NCBI RefSeq assembly: GCF_964204865.1
Contig: NC_135259.1
Coordinates: 9,734,001-9,798,000 of the forward strand
Source: Styela clava
Lineage: Eukaryota
DNA: 64,000 nt
Reading direction: 5' to 3'
Under the pieces are notes generated by a model, which saw only the letters and a program-made list of their open reading frames with translations, was not told the DNA's origin and did not search any database. The translations under genes and the position numbers were made by a program. Shown piece after piece: positions 52,472 to 64,000 of the stretch (its first letter is position 1; every line of letters begins with the position of its first letter).

Positions 52472-53740
52472 GCCTACGAGGCACAGCAGGTTTTTCTGAA
52501 GCTATGACACGACGTACAATAATTTACTCACATAGATTAAATAGGCGCTATTACTGATTAACTTGATTTTAAAACTTAGCGTCACGCCCGACCTGCTGCA
52601 GTCATCCGAGACGTGCAGCGTTTAAAATGAATTCCGATACTTGAATCATACCTATGTTAGTCGTTGAATCATACCAAATTATGTGGCCAATATAAACTTT
52701 CTGGATATGGTTGAAGCATACGCAAACAAAAAGACCAAATATGTATGTATAATATAGAAGAGCAAAAGAAAATCATATAGGAAAAAACCTTTGGGAAAAC
52801 AAGATAATATTAGACATGTAAGTCTAATTCTTTCATTTATCTCCGTTTAATTCAATCAGTTTAATTCAATTTGTTGTAAGGGGGCCATCAAATGCCAAAG
52901 CTGTTGTTGCACAGGATCATTTTAATTGAAATTTTTCCACAATTTTTGTCTTCGCTGGAGTGTCAAAAATTATATTCGTAAGGTAAAAGTAACATAATAA
53001 CCAATTGAATGTCATTTTTATTAGGTTACGCCGGGAATTACGCATATGACATCCTCGTAGGGAAATCGTAGAGTACTATTGTGGCCACTCGCATTCATTA
53101 CTCACTCAATTATAAGAAAGATCCGTTAAGTAGACCTTCTTTGGGTCAATGTCAGAATCAAACAAGAGTGACCCTATGAGTGCAACGAAGTATTAATTTA
53201 TAAACACAGAAATTCACATTCCGATTAAACGAATATTAATAATTCGTTTCAAAATCTAAAACAGGACTGTGCAAATTGCGGCAACGAGATTTTGCCTCTT
53301 ACGACATGCCTCGTGGCTTAAGTTTATTTTCATTATTGCATGTAATTTTTATCAGAAAATTGTGTTTTAACAAATCTTTTGGTGCTACTTTATTTGAGGG
53401 TATATTTAACGAAATTTTTGGTAATGTTATTTGTTCAATGTGACATTAACGATCAACTTCAATACCAGCAGTGTTATAGAAAATTTGCTGACTTTATATG
53501 AGTTCACAGAGATTATATCTACAGCACAACAAAAACATTATGGATCGTTAAACACCTAACAAACAAAGCGGATCTGAGGTCTAAATAAAATCGTTATAAA
53601 TGCCATAAATTCTTACAAACTACAAAAAAATCCTAATGGTCGGACAAATTGACTTTCGCGGAACCGATAATATGCGCACCCCTAACTATCCATGGGGAGT
53701 TTGAAAGGGCTGAACAAAAGGCTTGAACCTATTCTATGCA

Positions 53741-53853
53741 GGGTGCTCCCGCAGTATTCGTACCAAGATGGCGCACAGCCTGAACATAGTATGGGTACCA
53801 AGTTAGGGTTGTTCAGGTGGTGCGTCATCTTGGTACTAATACTTCCGGAGCGC
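53741..53853. mobile_element. About 110-bp palindromic MITE (same family as 49946-50053)
   Basis: gtgctcccgcagtattcgtaccaagatggcgcac...gtgcgtcatcttggtactaatacttccggagcgcc. Confidence 0.82.
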
Positions 53854-54122
53854 CCGATGCAGTGCCTGATGCTAATGGCAAAAATCTTCTACAGTGGTTT
53901 CAGTTAACAAAAAATGGAGATCCACGATCAGAAAATATTCAGATCTGTCTACTCTGCGAAAATCAAAATAAGTGGATTGTTTAAAATCAGACACAGCCAT
54001 TGCGTTGTTTACCATGAAGCTCCTGTCATACATGTTCTTTACACGATTATCATTTATTAAAACGGGGTTGAAGCATCATCAGTTTACGATTTTTCAGGAA
54101 GAATGTAACGCAGAATATAGAG

Positions 54123-54430
54123 CAGGGGTGCACAACACAGGGCACGCGTGCCAAATTTGGCACGTCATATGCTCAAACGTGGCACGCGAACGGTTTTGTA
54201 AAAAAAAAATTGTATTCATGATATACATTAAAATATCACGTTTATATCAAAATCAGCTGTTGTTCAAGACATTAAATTGTTCCAATCAATAGGTATTCGA
54301 TATTATTATTAAAATTTGTCTGATGTGTGTTTTACGGGGGTTAATTTACAATACCAACGATTAGTGTGGCACGCAACAAGATTATTTAGAAAAATTTGGC
54401 ACAAGTCCTCATTTGAGTTGTGCACCCCTG
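54123..54430. mobile_element. Non-autonomous hAT-type MITE
   Basis: TIR caggggtgcacaac...gttgtgcacccctg; perfect 8-bp TSD ATATAGAG at 54115-54122 and 54431-54438; internal ggcacg repeats. Confidence 0.92.
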
Positions 54431-54558
54431 ATATAGAGGATTGTTTTATTTGTTGTTATTGAAAATACAGGGTTTGTAACCAAAATGAAAAACAAAAACA
54501 AAGAGTAATTATGCGGTGAGAGATCAAACAAGGACATGATCAATAAAATGATGGTTGT

Positions 54559-56075
54559 CTAACCATCTTTTATACGATTTTGTTTCTTGCATCTCCAGGA
54601 TGTGCTATTCATCAGTCGATCGCAAGGTATTATGTGGAGTTTAGGCGATCTAATTCGAAGACAGGTGGACCCCTGCTGTATATCATCTTTTGAAGGTTTA
54701 AAGTGTTGGTCAATACCTTTGCACATTTTTTTCTGAAAGCAATACCTGGAAACTGATCGCAAACTATATAATTGGGATACGGTTGTTTTATTAGAGTATT
54801 GCAGTATTATTCTAGTATTGAATATAGTTAAGTACTAATGATACATTTAAAAGCATCAATCGACGATACAAAGAGGGACATTGACGAAAACTATTTTGAT
54901 TTGCTGCAAGTCCTGACAGAGGTTTTCATTCAACACGTTGTTTGACATTGAGAAGCAACGGTTTGAGGCAACTAACTTTTTCTGTTCGCCCAGGCAAAAA
55001 CATTATATATATCTATTCTTACAAACAGATTTATAAATCAGCAATATTTTATTTGCAATTCGGAGTAGCTCCTTCAAGACAATTTCGAAAAAAAAAAGCA
55101 CGAAGGATAAGCATGGAAGAACAGGGGCTAATTGAACATCCTTGAGGAACTTCGTGCTTCTTGATACAAAGTAGAAACACAGTTGCCATATTGTACAGGT
55201 AGCTTCTGGCCATATTAAATATAAACGGCATTGTGTCATAATTACATGAAATCGCTCACTCGAAGATTGGAAGGATTTGAAACGTTGTCATTTTTAAGCC
55301 GTCTCAAAGTTTTGAATAAGTAATTCATCAGATAGTGAAAGGACGTAGCAGGATAACTTTAAAATGTGCCGGAACGTTACAAATTTTGGGTGAGAAAAAT
55401 TATTTTAGTCATAGGATATCAAATAGACTAGATTTTGTCGTAGGCAGCCAAATAGTTTTCACCACACTGTAAAGTTTATGGTTTATGCAATTTTCTTGCT
55501 TATCATATCTGTTCATATATAGTCAGGAACTGATTATATTTTTACCAAATAATTCACACAGATCAATGTTCTGAGTCTCAGCGGAAAGTAAACGTGTTGA
55601 AGGATTACTGATATTTTTCTCGTTTAGAATTTCTACTTGAGATCTGTGGCATGGAGCGTCACGCATGTTTTTAGGGCAATTATTGGTGGTGATGCAAAAT
55701 TAAAAGTTACGGGGAAAAAATTGAGATGAAACGTAGAAATAAACTGTAAATTGGATATCGCTAGTAAATAGCCTGTTGCAGGGCCACAGTAAATGTTAAT
55801 TTTAACATATCTATCACATTAAATATTAAATGTAAGTTTTGTCTAAAATTCACGAAGGGGTTCGCACTGACCAAATAAATATCCGTGTCCGTGTTAAAAG
55901 AGATTGAGAACCCTTGAGTTAGAGAAACATGCTGGAGATTTTTCGTAAAATGACACCAACACCATTCCCATACCCTTTCCTTTATGTAATGTTCAATGGA
56001 AATGAGTTTTTGACCAGCTCCATATGAGATAGCGCAAAGAAGAAGCCATAAAGTTGAGACAATGGATGACATCAT
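54559..56075 (-). other. Candidate small secreted Cys-rich protein gene or pseudogene
   Basis: Signal-peptide-like MMSSIVSTLWLLLCAISYGAG followed by a gtatgg donor near 55973. An exon-like segment at 54745-54559 after tttccag encodes C..Q.F..I..CL..PCD..W.C. I could not join them into one open frame. Confidence 0.25.
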
Positions 56076-58111
56076 CCATGATGATTAATGATGGCATCTG
56101 TCACGCTTGCTTGCATTTAATTGCTAAAAAATTACATTAAACCAATACATTAAAATGTTAATAATGCGCCAGATCTGAATCATGTTTGAAACCGATCTGA
56201 TGTACAATCGCAAACAAACGTTTTGTTCACAACAATACGAAAACCAACATTTGAGATAGATTGCGACATCTCGCTGGATTGAAAATGTAACCACGGTAAG
56301 TCTGTGTTTGTAGTATGAATTGCCTATTAACCGTACTTGGACAACCTTGAAAATAATATTCTCTCGCGGCTTTCCCTGTTCGGGATTCCCCAACGCAGTG
56401 AATACCATCTCGACAACGTTCGTCTGTAAATTATTGACGCACGATTGAGTCAGCCCAAAGAGGCCTAACGAAACGGTTCTCTAATTTCGTGTATCTGAAT
56501 TTAGGTTTAGCAGTCAGAAGATAATGGTCGTTATTTACTAACAAACTTAATGAGATTCCAGATACTGAATCAAACTAATGAAGTTAATAAATAATTTGTT
56601 GACGAAGAGCATCATTATTTCTTATTGAATATGGACAAGGATGCACTATAAAGCCAATTGAAACTGGAATAAGTTTTAAGTGACTCATTAAGAATGAATT
56701 TAGAAACCCGAATGTGACATTTATGAAATATAAATCTGATGTGGCGAATAGTTAACTTAACTAATCCACTGAGGTAGCCACACCGAGAGAGAGTGAAAGA
56801 TACCAAAGGAGACGTCGGTCTTATTTCAGTCTTAATTTTTTTCTGACGCATTAATTCCTTGTACGAAGTACGAACCATAGTTGAGTCAGCTCGATCTGAT
56901 CTGAAGTCACTTGTCACAGGTGTATTTTGAAATCAGCTTTAAATTCTATTGAAGGACAGAGCGTACACTGGTTGGCTGACTAAACATATATAACCTACCC
57001 ATAATGACTACAACTGTGCATTGATTGCATGGCCATCAAACGTTTATGTAAGTATACAGGCTCTCAAATAAGGGTAGCGTACCTCAAATAATCAATTGTA
57101 CACACCAACGCACTCAAATCGTTACATCAAAATCTATATGCCAGTTTTGTTGATTTCAAATTTGAATTCTGAGACAAACTAACAATATGACTACATGAAT
57201 ATTGTACGTTTAGTATACCCATAACGCTTTGACTAATAGTTTCTCTGAGCATTTATGTGTCATGATGACGGAATTGGTTATTGGTAATCATGAAACTTAG
57301 AGATGCAGCAACGCGGAATAATTTGATTATTTATGGTTATACACGCTACCAAATATAATGAAAATTACTTTTGTGAATTTTCCTTAGGGTTTTAGTTAGA
57401 TGATATTTGGCGTTTAAGTAAAAGCATGACACAGTTGCTAGAGACACGGATTTAATAATTTAATTTAACCTTAGTATGAAGGCATCTGGCCAGGTTTTTA
57501 CTTTGGAATGAGTAAAAGAACTGTTATTCACAATATTAATATTGTATTCATCTAAATGATTATTTGCTTTGACGAATAGTCATGATAAAGAACGTTTACT
57601 CACTAATTCAAATCTTAACTTTTAAGCCAGCTTTGAATGATATTTATTGTTTATTGTAATTTGAACTATTGACTCTCTATAGTAATCATTAATTTTTAAC
57701 TCCGCGCTACAAGCGTACTTGTATTAGGTAAGGTCTTCATAATAAACAATGATATTTGATATATACTTACGAATCATTTGTAATACGTATTTTTTTCGTA
57801 CAGAACATGGCGGATTTTTTACAACCACAACAGACTAGAAATGTGTTAATTGATTCCATACGAAATATAGATAGCATACTTCCTGAGACAGTCTTGCCTA
57901 ATAAATGTCTTCGCAAATCTATAATTGGCTAACTATAATCTATATATGTCCGGTTATTATTCGGCAACAAATCTAAGTCCAAATAATATATTCCGTTTGT
58001 CTGCAAAACACAATTTGTTCAAAACACAATTGTTGTATATGTTCAATTTTTGATTTCGTTTAATGAAGTGCATAAATATATATTCGAGCTGAGAAATCAT
58101 TTCCGACCAAG

Positions 58112-61100
58112 ATGGCTGAACCAGGAGGTGGGGGAAGATATATACCCCCACATTTGCGTGGCAATAGAGGCCGCAGAGGATTTAATCCTGGTTATCGCGG
58201 AAGAGGAGGATACAATGCAAATGCCCCGCGTGGTCGAGGAGGGTATGGAACTTTTTCTTGCGACACTACTAGGAAATAACTAAGTGGTAGATTTGCACTC
58301 ATACTCACAATTACTGCTGGCCAATATAATATTGAACGCGCTAAGTTCAGGAAACAATCGAATATTTGATTTTTGTTTATCTGTCAGCACAACCTTATAA
58401 ATTAAACTAAACAGAGATATTCACTGGTAACGTGAGCAATAATCATGTACATAGTATAGGAAGCTAAATTGACTTGAAAATGCAGCTTAATTTTGTCCTG
58501 GGCCAAAAAAAAAACAATGAAGAGGGCCTTGTTTTGGGTTGAAAATTTTGAATATTTATAGGTATATTAATAATAATATATATATTATTGATAATGTATT
58601 TTTGTTCTAAAGCTCGTTTCCGCGTTTCATAATACAATTCTTCCGTTAGTTCGTTAATAAACAATGTTGTTTAAATGCTTATAACTATGAATTATACTAC
58701 TCACTTTTAGTAATAGACGAAGAAATGAAGACGATTTATTGATGGGAGAACAACGAGAGGAAAATTATGATAATAGGCGATCACAAACGAGGTAAAAACA
58801 GTAGTAATTATCAAAAAAAATATATAATAATCTGTATTATAATGGAAGGAGATCCATATACATTTCTCATCTGCAACAACATAAAATAGGAAAATATTAG
58901 ATTTATAGGAATGCCGGAATTATTAAAAAAAAACTTGCAACAATTTATAAATCAAATGAAATGTTACATTCATCATTTTTTTATAAACTAATTAGTATAT
59001 ACATATAAGAGGGCCTCGCTTGACTTTAAAAGATGCATGTTGGAATCAGTAAAAACGTCAAACATGCACAATGGCATTAAATCACGTCACAAAATTGTGT
59101 GATAAAATTTAGGTATTAATATTAAAAATTGACTTTTCAGACCAATAGGCTACAAAAAATTGGAAGAAATTGAAGAAAAGGAAACTCCTCAAGATATTGT
59201 TCTTATACTTGGGACAGGTAAATCTGGATTGGAAGAGACATTAAGAGGAGATCGAGGTCCACTGAATGGCGGTAAGCTTTGTTCGAAAGTCTTTTATACG
59301 AGTGCTCCTCAACTTTATAAGATAATGTTTGTAACACTACCCATGAAACACGAGAAATCTGAATTAATTTAAGAACAAGTTAAAGTGTTCGAGCTGCATT
59401 ACTTGAACTCTTTTTCAATCCCGCGTCAAACAATGATATTGTTATTAATATTTCATCGATTGCAGTTCTGTAGAGTCAGGACATGATTTGTGCTGATTGG
59501 AGTCGGATCCGGGGTTAGATGTTCTCACTACCTGTACTTATAGAGTCGGTTTGAATTAAACTTACCGATATCAGATTAAACATTTTAAACTTAAAACTGG
59601 TTGCCGGATAATTGAAATTTTGAGTCGAAAACGGTCGAATTTGACTTTTTCGTGGCATTGTTTCGATCGAATTTTGATAAAATATCATTATATTTAGGTT
59701 TGACACAAATGTTGCTACGAGTTTTTGGAAAGATGTGTGACAGTGACGAATCAACCCAATCCTTGACTCATATTTTACAATTGATTTTAAAACATGATTT
59801 TCATCAGAAAATTATAGACTTTTTATTTGGACTGTTGACAGAGCAGTAAGTTCTTTTCATAAAAAATCAGTGAAATGATACTGGGAAATTCAGCTACAGC
59901 TTTGAGTTTTTGTATATTAGTTTTTTAATCTCAGACGGAACTTGCTCAAACGCGTTTGTTGAAAAAAATACGAAAAAAAAACGCGTGTAACCTTCTTCAT
60001 ACCCAATGAAGATTAAATTGGCAACATGTCCGTTATAGTGAAATCAAATTTTGACGTTTCCAAGCCTTTTTCGTTCAGACGAATAAACACCTAACAAGAA
60101 GTTGCGAATTAGTAGAAATCAATATGTTTTCTAATATTAATCGACATGGATGTGATTCAGAGTCAAATCCAACTTTTTATTGGCGTATTCGTGACCTACG
60201 TATCCTTATTCTGTACACATCTTGAAATTCTAGATCTGTTCTAAATTTATATGCATACATGGAATTGAAATTTGTACAAGTTAGCACAAGTTAACTTATT
60301 GTGTTTTATCGATTTAATTTCAAGCATAAACAGACGAAGCCGAGCTCCTCTTCATCTAAATAATGCATTGAAGCTGATGAATTCTCTTCTGACGGTTTTG
60401 CCAAATGATTCGCATAAAAAGGTATCAAAATCACGAATGTTATTTTAATAAGTTCATATAAATCAATTGACGATATATCAAAAAGTATACAATTTACAAT
60501 TATGTTGTCTACTCGTAAGACAAGTAATCCGCCTACATATCATACAACTGACATGTTAACTTATAGTAATAAAATATTGTACATTATTTTGAGCACTTTC
60601 GTTTTTGCAACTTGATCTCAATGATCAAATTTTTGCGGCATTGTCTTCCCACTAGGTAAATAAAAAAGGGCTGTAACGGCTGTAAAGGGCTGTACGGGAT
60701 ATGACTTTGAATTGTGAACACGGATCTTCACGTCTTTAATAATTTGAAAAAATTTGTAATTTGAAAGGTATCCATGACAATGATTATTATTGATAGCGTA
60801 ATTGATGGCTTGGGAAGTGTGAATGAAGATGTTTATAATAATCGAATGCTGGTTAAAGACAGGCTAAACAATTTTCAGCAAAGACAGCAGGATGCAATTG
60901 AAAGGTGATTCTCTTCTTTTTCGATGTGTGCAGAACACTTGTTGATTGAGTTTATTTTCCTTGTACGCCGTAGAAAAAATTGATGTATACTTTTTCGTCG
61001 CAAGGGAATTGAGGCCATCATTCAATTTCACCACCATTCAATTCTATGCATAAGCGATGGAGAACAAAAAATTTTAGTTATACTATACTTCATTAAAATA

Positions 61101-64000
61101 TTCCGATATCTTACTTGAAATGTTACCGAGGTAAAGTCTTTGTCCTAACATGTGATTAATCTCTCCTATATCGGCTTTTCTCCTCCGAAGATAAATATGA
61201 AAATAGTTGAAGTTCAAGTTGAAGCATCATTTGTTGAAGTGTACTTTAGAGATGTCAGCGGACTGTCTCAAAAATACAAGTGGTACCACAGCTAAAACCC
61301 GGATACATCTAATAAAGTGCACGTAATAGATAAATTTTGATTACAATATCACTGAAACATTTTAGAAATCGTGTCAAGGTTTGGAAATCTGCAAACAATA
61401 CATGTATGATTATTAGGCTTATTTGTGGGAATGGGAGTCCCATGAGAAACGTCCCATGGGATGGGATGGGGCAACACACATTTGTATTTGCTATGAGACA
61501 CAGAAACCGTATTATTTTCAGGGAAATGATGGTAAAACATTACGTTATAGACTTTGTTACCATATATTTGAGCATAACTCTCTTGTTAGTTATGAAGAGC
61601 AAAATATATTCAGCCTTAACAATATACTACGTGAAGGGACTGATGGACACATGCATACTAGTTATGAATACGAAGTTAACAAAGTCCGTAAATATTGTTG
61701 TGTTGCATGTCCCTTCGTACACGTAGTCCTATTTAGTAGACGCTAAACCAAAATTTAACAATTTTTATTGAATTATATTCCAATGGGATGGAATGGGACA
61801 GGCATAATTGCTATGGGATGGGAATGGGATAGAAAAATATGTCCCATGGACAAGCCTGTTGATTATGTTTGGATGTAATTAGCATAATATAATTTCAACC
61901 ATGATTCTCATTCGGCACTCGAATTCTGGTACGAAATGGGAAAGTCTATACATTGGTTAGAACCATTATATTTTTCGACTGGAATAACTGACTTAAATTT
62001 CTATTGATATTCATGTAAAAAGCACCTAGAATCATTTTTAGAAGATATCAAATCCGAGGAAAAAAATATGTGTGGGGGTAATATGAACAGGTATTTTTCA
62101 AGGAAAAAAAACATATTGAACTTTCAAAGTACACGATAAAATATATGAAAAATACCTCGGCTAGTGAATTATGTGTGAATATTTATTCTTTCCCTTTGAA
62201 ATATTAAAACTAATTTAAATATACATATCGCAGGGCCGCCGGCAGCAGAGAATCTCGCTTTGACGATTTACACTCTCAAGCACCACCAGATAACTTCAGA
62301 GAAATTCCTGTTTTTCCACAACTTAGTGATATTCACGGAACTGCACAATTATTCATACGAACAAACCTAATTGACAAAGCATATCAAAAGTAAGTACTAT
62401 CAGTGCAATTTAGCACAGATTTAACAATACACTGTTTATTTACTGTTATGCTGAGTTCATACGACGCCGCAAACTTCACTTTATATATTTGTTTTTCGCT
62501 AGAAGCTAGAAGGCTGTTACGTTTATTTATTTCCAAAATCTCTGTGGGTACTGAGGGATTCGTTTTTTGTGCGATTTTGTCTACTGTGACAGATTAAATA
62601 CCCATACTACTTAGTTTTGGCCTTCTTGTCAGCCCCTATATTTGAACATCGCTCTCTTGTTTAATTTCACGTAGTATTGTTGAGTGGGTATGCTTTCTCG
62701 GTAAAATATGCCGAGATATCGAGATTTGGAATCGAGAAGCCTAAATTCAGGAATCGGATAAGAATCGAATACTTGTCATACTTGGCATCCTTGTTCACGA
62801 TTTGGCGCTTTCGATGTATATCGGTAATTGCACGTCAAAAAAGCACCCTGTTTTTGAGTGCCTTTACTTTACTTTTTTTAAACTTATTTTTGGTTTCCAG
62901 TATTGACCATTACTTGGATGTACAATTCCGCTTGTTGAGAGAAGATTTTATTCGACCACTTCGTGAAGGAATCGGGGAAATCATGCATTATGGTAAGATC
63001 AAATGACACTTGCCTAAGCGGGAATATAAAACAATGCATGGATGGATAAGATTATTGAATCAGATATTACATTTTTAACTGTAAATAGTTAGTCGTAATG
63101 GTTGTTAGTCATAATAATGGACCCATAAAAAAGCTATTCGTAGTTACAGCACCTAGTCCTTAGTCAATCCTACAATATAATGAAAACGGCAAATTAATTC
63201 GTCCAAGCAATTTGTTTATCAGTGAAAAAATGGAATGCAAATTGCAAAGTTTCTTCATAACATTTGATCTATGACTTATTGAATAATTTATTTTTGTCTT
63301 CCCTATTTTATTGCTTATTATCCAGGCGATCGATTGAGGCCAAGGGGACCAGGTCCAATTCAGAGCGTAAAAGTTTACAAAGACGTAAAGATCGAATTTA
63401 TGAAGCCAGATCAACGAGGTAAAAACTATCATCTCCACTTTTATGACTAAAAATTTCACTCAATTTTTAAGAAACATTCCTAAAAAAATAATTTTGTAAG
63501 AAGCTCTGAAACATTTCGCAGGCTGTTATTATTTCGTTTTATATATGTTCGAGACTTAATTCATCATAGACTAAGCATACGGCACTTCATAATTATAATC
63601 TGTTGGGCCCTCGTAGGAACATGAAACAAATTGCATATTTTGTGTTGAATATGTAGAGAATACGTCATAAAACATCATTTAAAAAACGTAACATTCGTTT
63701 TGAAATGCGAGAAATAATTGAAGAGTTCAATATATGAAAATACGTTATTAATGGTTATGAGGGACAGTGCCGAAATGTTTGCAATCTTTCCCATGATAGT
63801 CCTAAAGCTTAGCCACAGACAAATAATAACGAACGAGATAAGATATTGATAAATATGCGGGGCAGAATTTAAATATATATTGTCGTTAGTTTCATACTAC
63901 CATAGATTAATAAAAATGACAACTAGTATGTTTTGTTCAGGTATTTTGCATCGAATTCATTTCAGTTTGGAAGGATTACAGCGAATAAGATGGCGAAATA
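58112..64000 (+). CDS. ZNFX1: NFX1-type zinc finger-containing protein 1 (UPF1-like SF1 RNA helicase family), 5' part; gene continues beyond the window
   Basis: Exons 58112-58242, 58711-58791, 59141-59271, 59698-59845, 60325-60421, 60768-60904, 62234-62389, 62901-62992, 63326-63418, 63941->64000 splice in frame. Diagnostic peptides IGYKKLEEI, PPDNFREIPVFP, HYLDVQFRLLREDFIRPLREGI and RIRWRN match remembered vertebrate ZNFX1 (YLDTHFRLLREDFVRPLREGI, VRWQNSKRL). The start codon is the least certain part. Confidence 0.92.
61414..61858. mobile_element. Non-autonomous hAT-type MITE in a ZNFX1 intron
   Basis: Termini taggctt...aagcctg, subterminal tggga/tccca repeats, TSD ATGATTAT / TTGATTAT (7 of 8 match). 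Confidence 0.8.

Noticed and set aside
53983-54085. Possible box C/D snoRNA on the minus strand (TGATGA...CTGA), by analogy with SNORD12 in ZFAS1
   Set aside because: Weak terminal stem, no recognisable rRNA complementarity and no convincing similarity to SNORD12. An Rfam/snoscan search would be needed.
57807-57932. Short ORF MADFLQPQQ... upstream of ZNFX1
   Set aside because: Ends in a stop with no good donor linking it to ZNFX1; could be a uORF or UTR but is unsupported.
736-63459. Most remaining 60-110 aa ORFs in the supplied track
   Set aside because: They are antisense shadows of real exons, lie in repeats, or have composition typical of random AT-rich sequence.

Overview
AT-rich (roughly one-third GC by eye), intron-rich eukaryotic animal DNA. 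An invertebrate chordate such as an ascidian is plausible but not provable from the sequence. Manual splicing gives five protein-coding genes. (1) A 4-exon Rac-like Rho GTPase (minus, 1361-3427). (2-3) A tandem pair of intact 8-exon paralogues (minus, 13145-19646, 618 aa; 30661-40710, 597 aa) encoding type I single-pass cytokine-receptor-like proteins. (4) An intronless peroxisomal acyl-CoA thioesterase/BAAT-family gene (minus, 51191-52471). (5) The 5' part of ZNFX1 (plus, 58112 to beyond the window end). The receptor pair is the most interesting item. Its ectodomain combines an IL-17RA-like N-terminal cysteine motif with class II (interferon/IL-10/tissue factor) receptor hallmarks and a conserved furin-type site. 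The tail has no recognisable SEFIR/TIR domain but carries box1-like, beta-TrCP degron and tyrosine motifs typical of JAK/STAT receptors. The rest of the window holds a decayed L2/CR1-group LINE, several non-autonomous hAT elements with 8-bp TSDs, a CAC-terminated DNA element, a 1.2-kb foldback element and small MITEs. All homology calls come from motif recognition by eye, not database searches.
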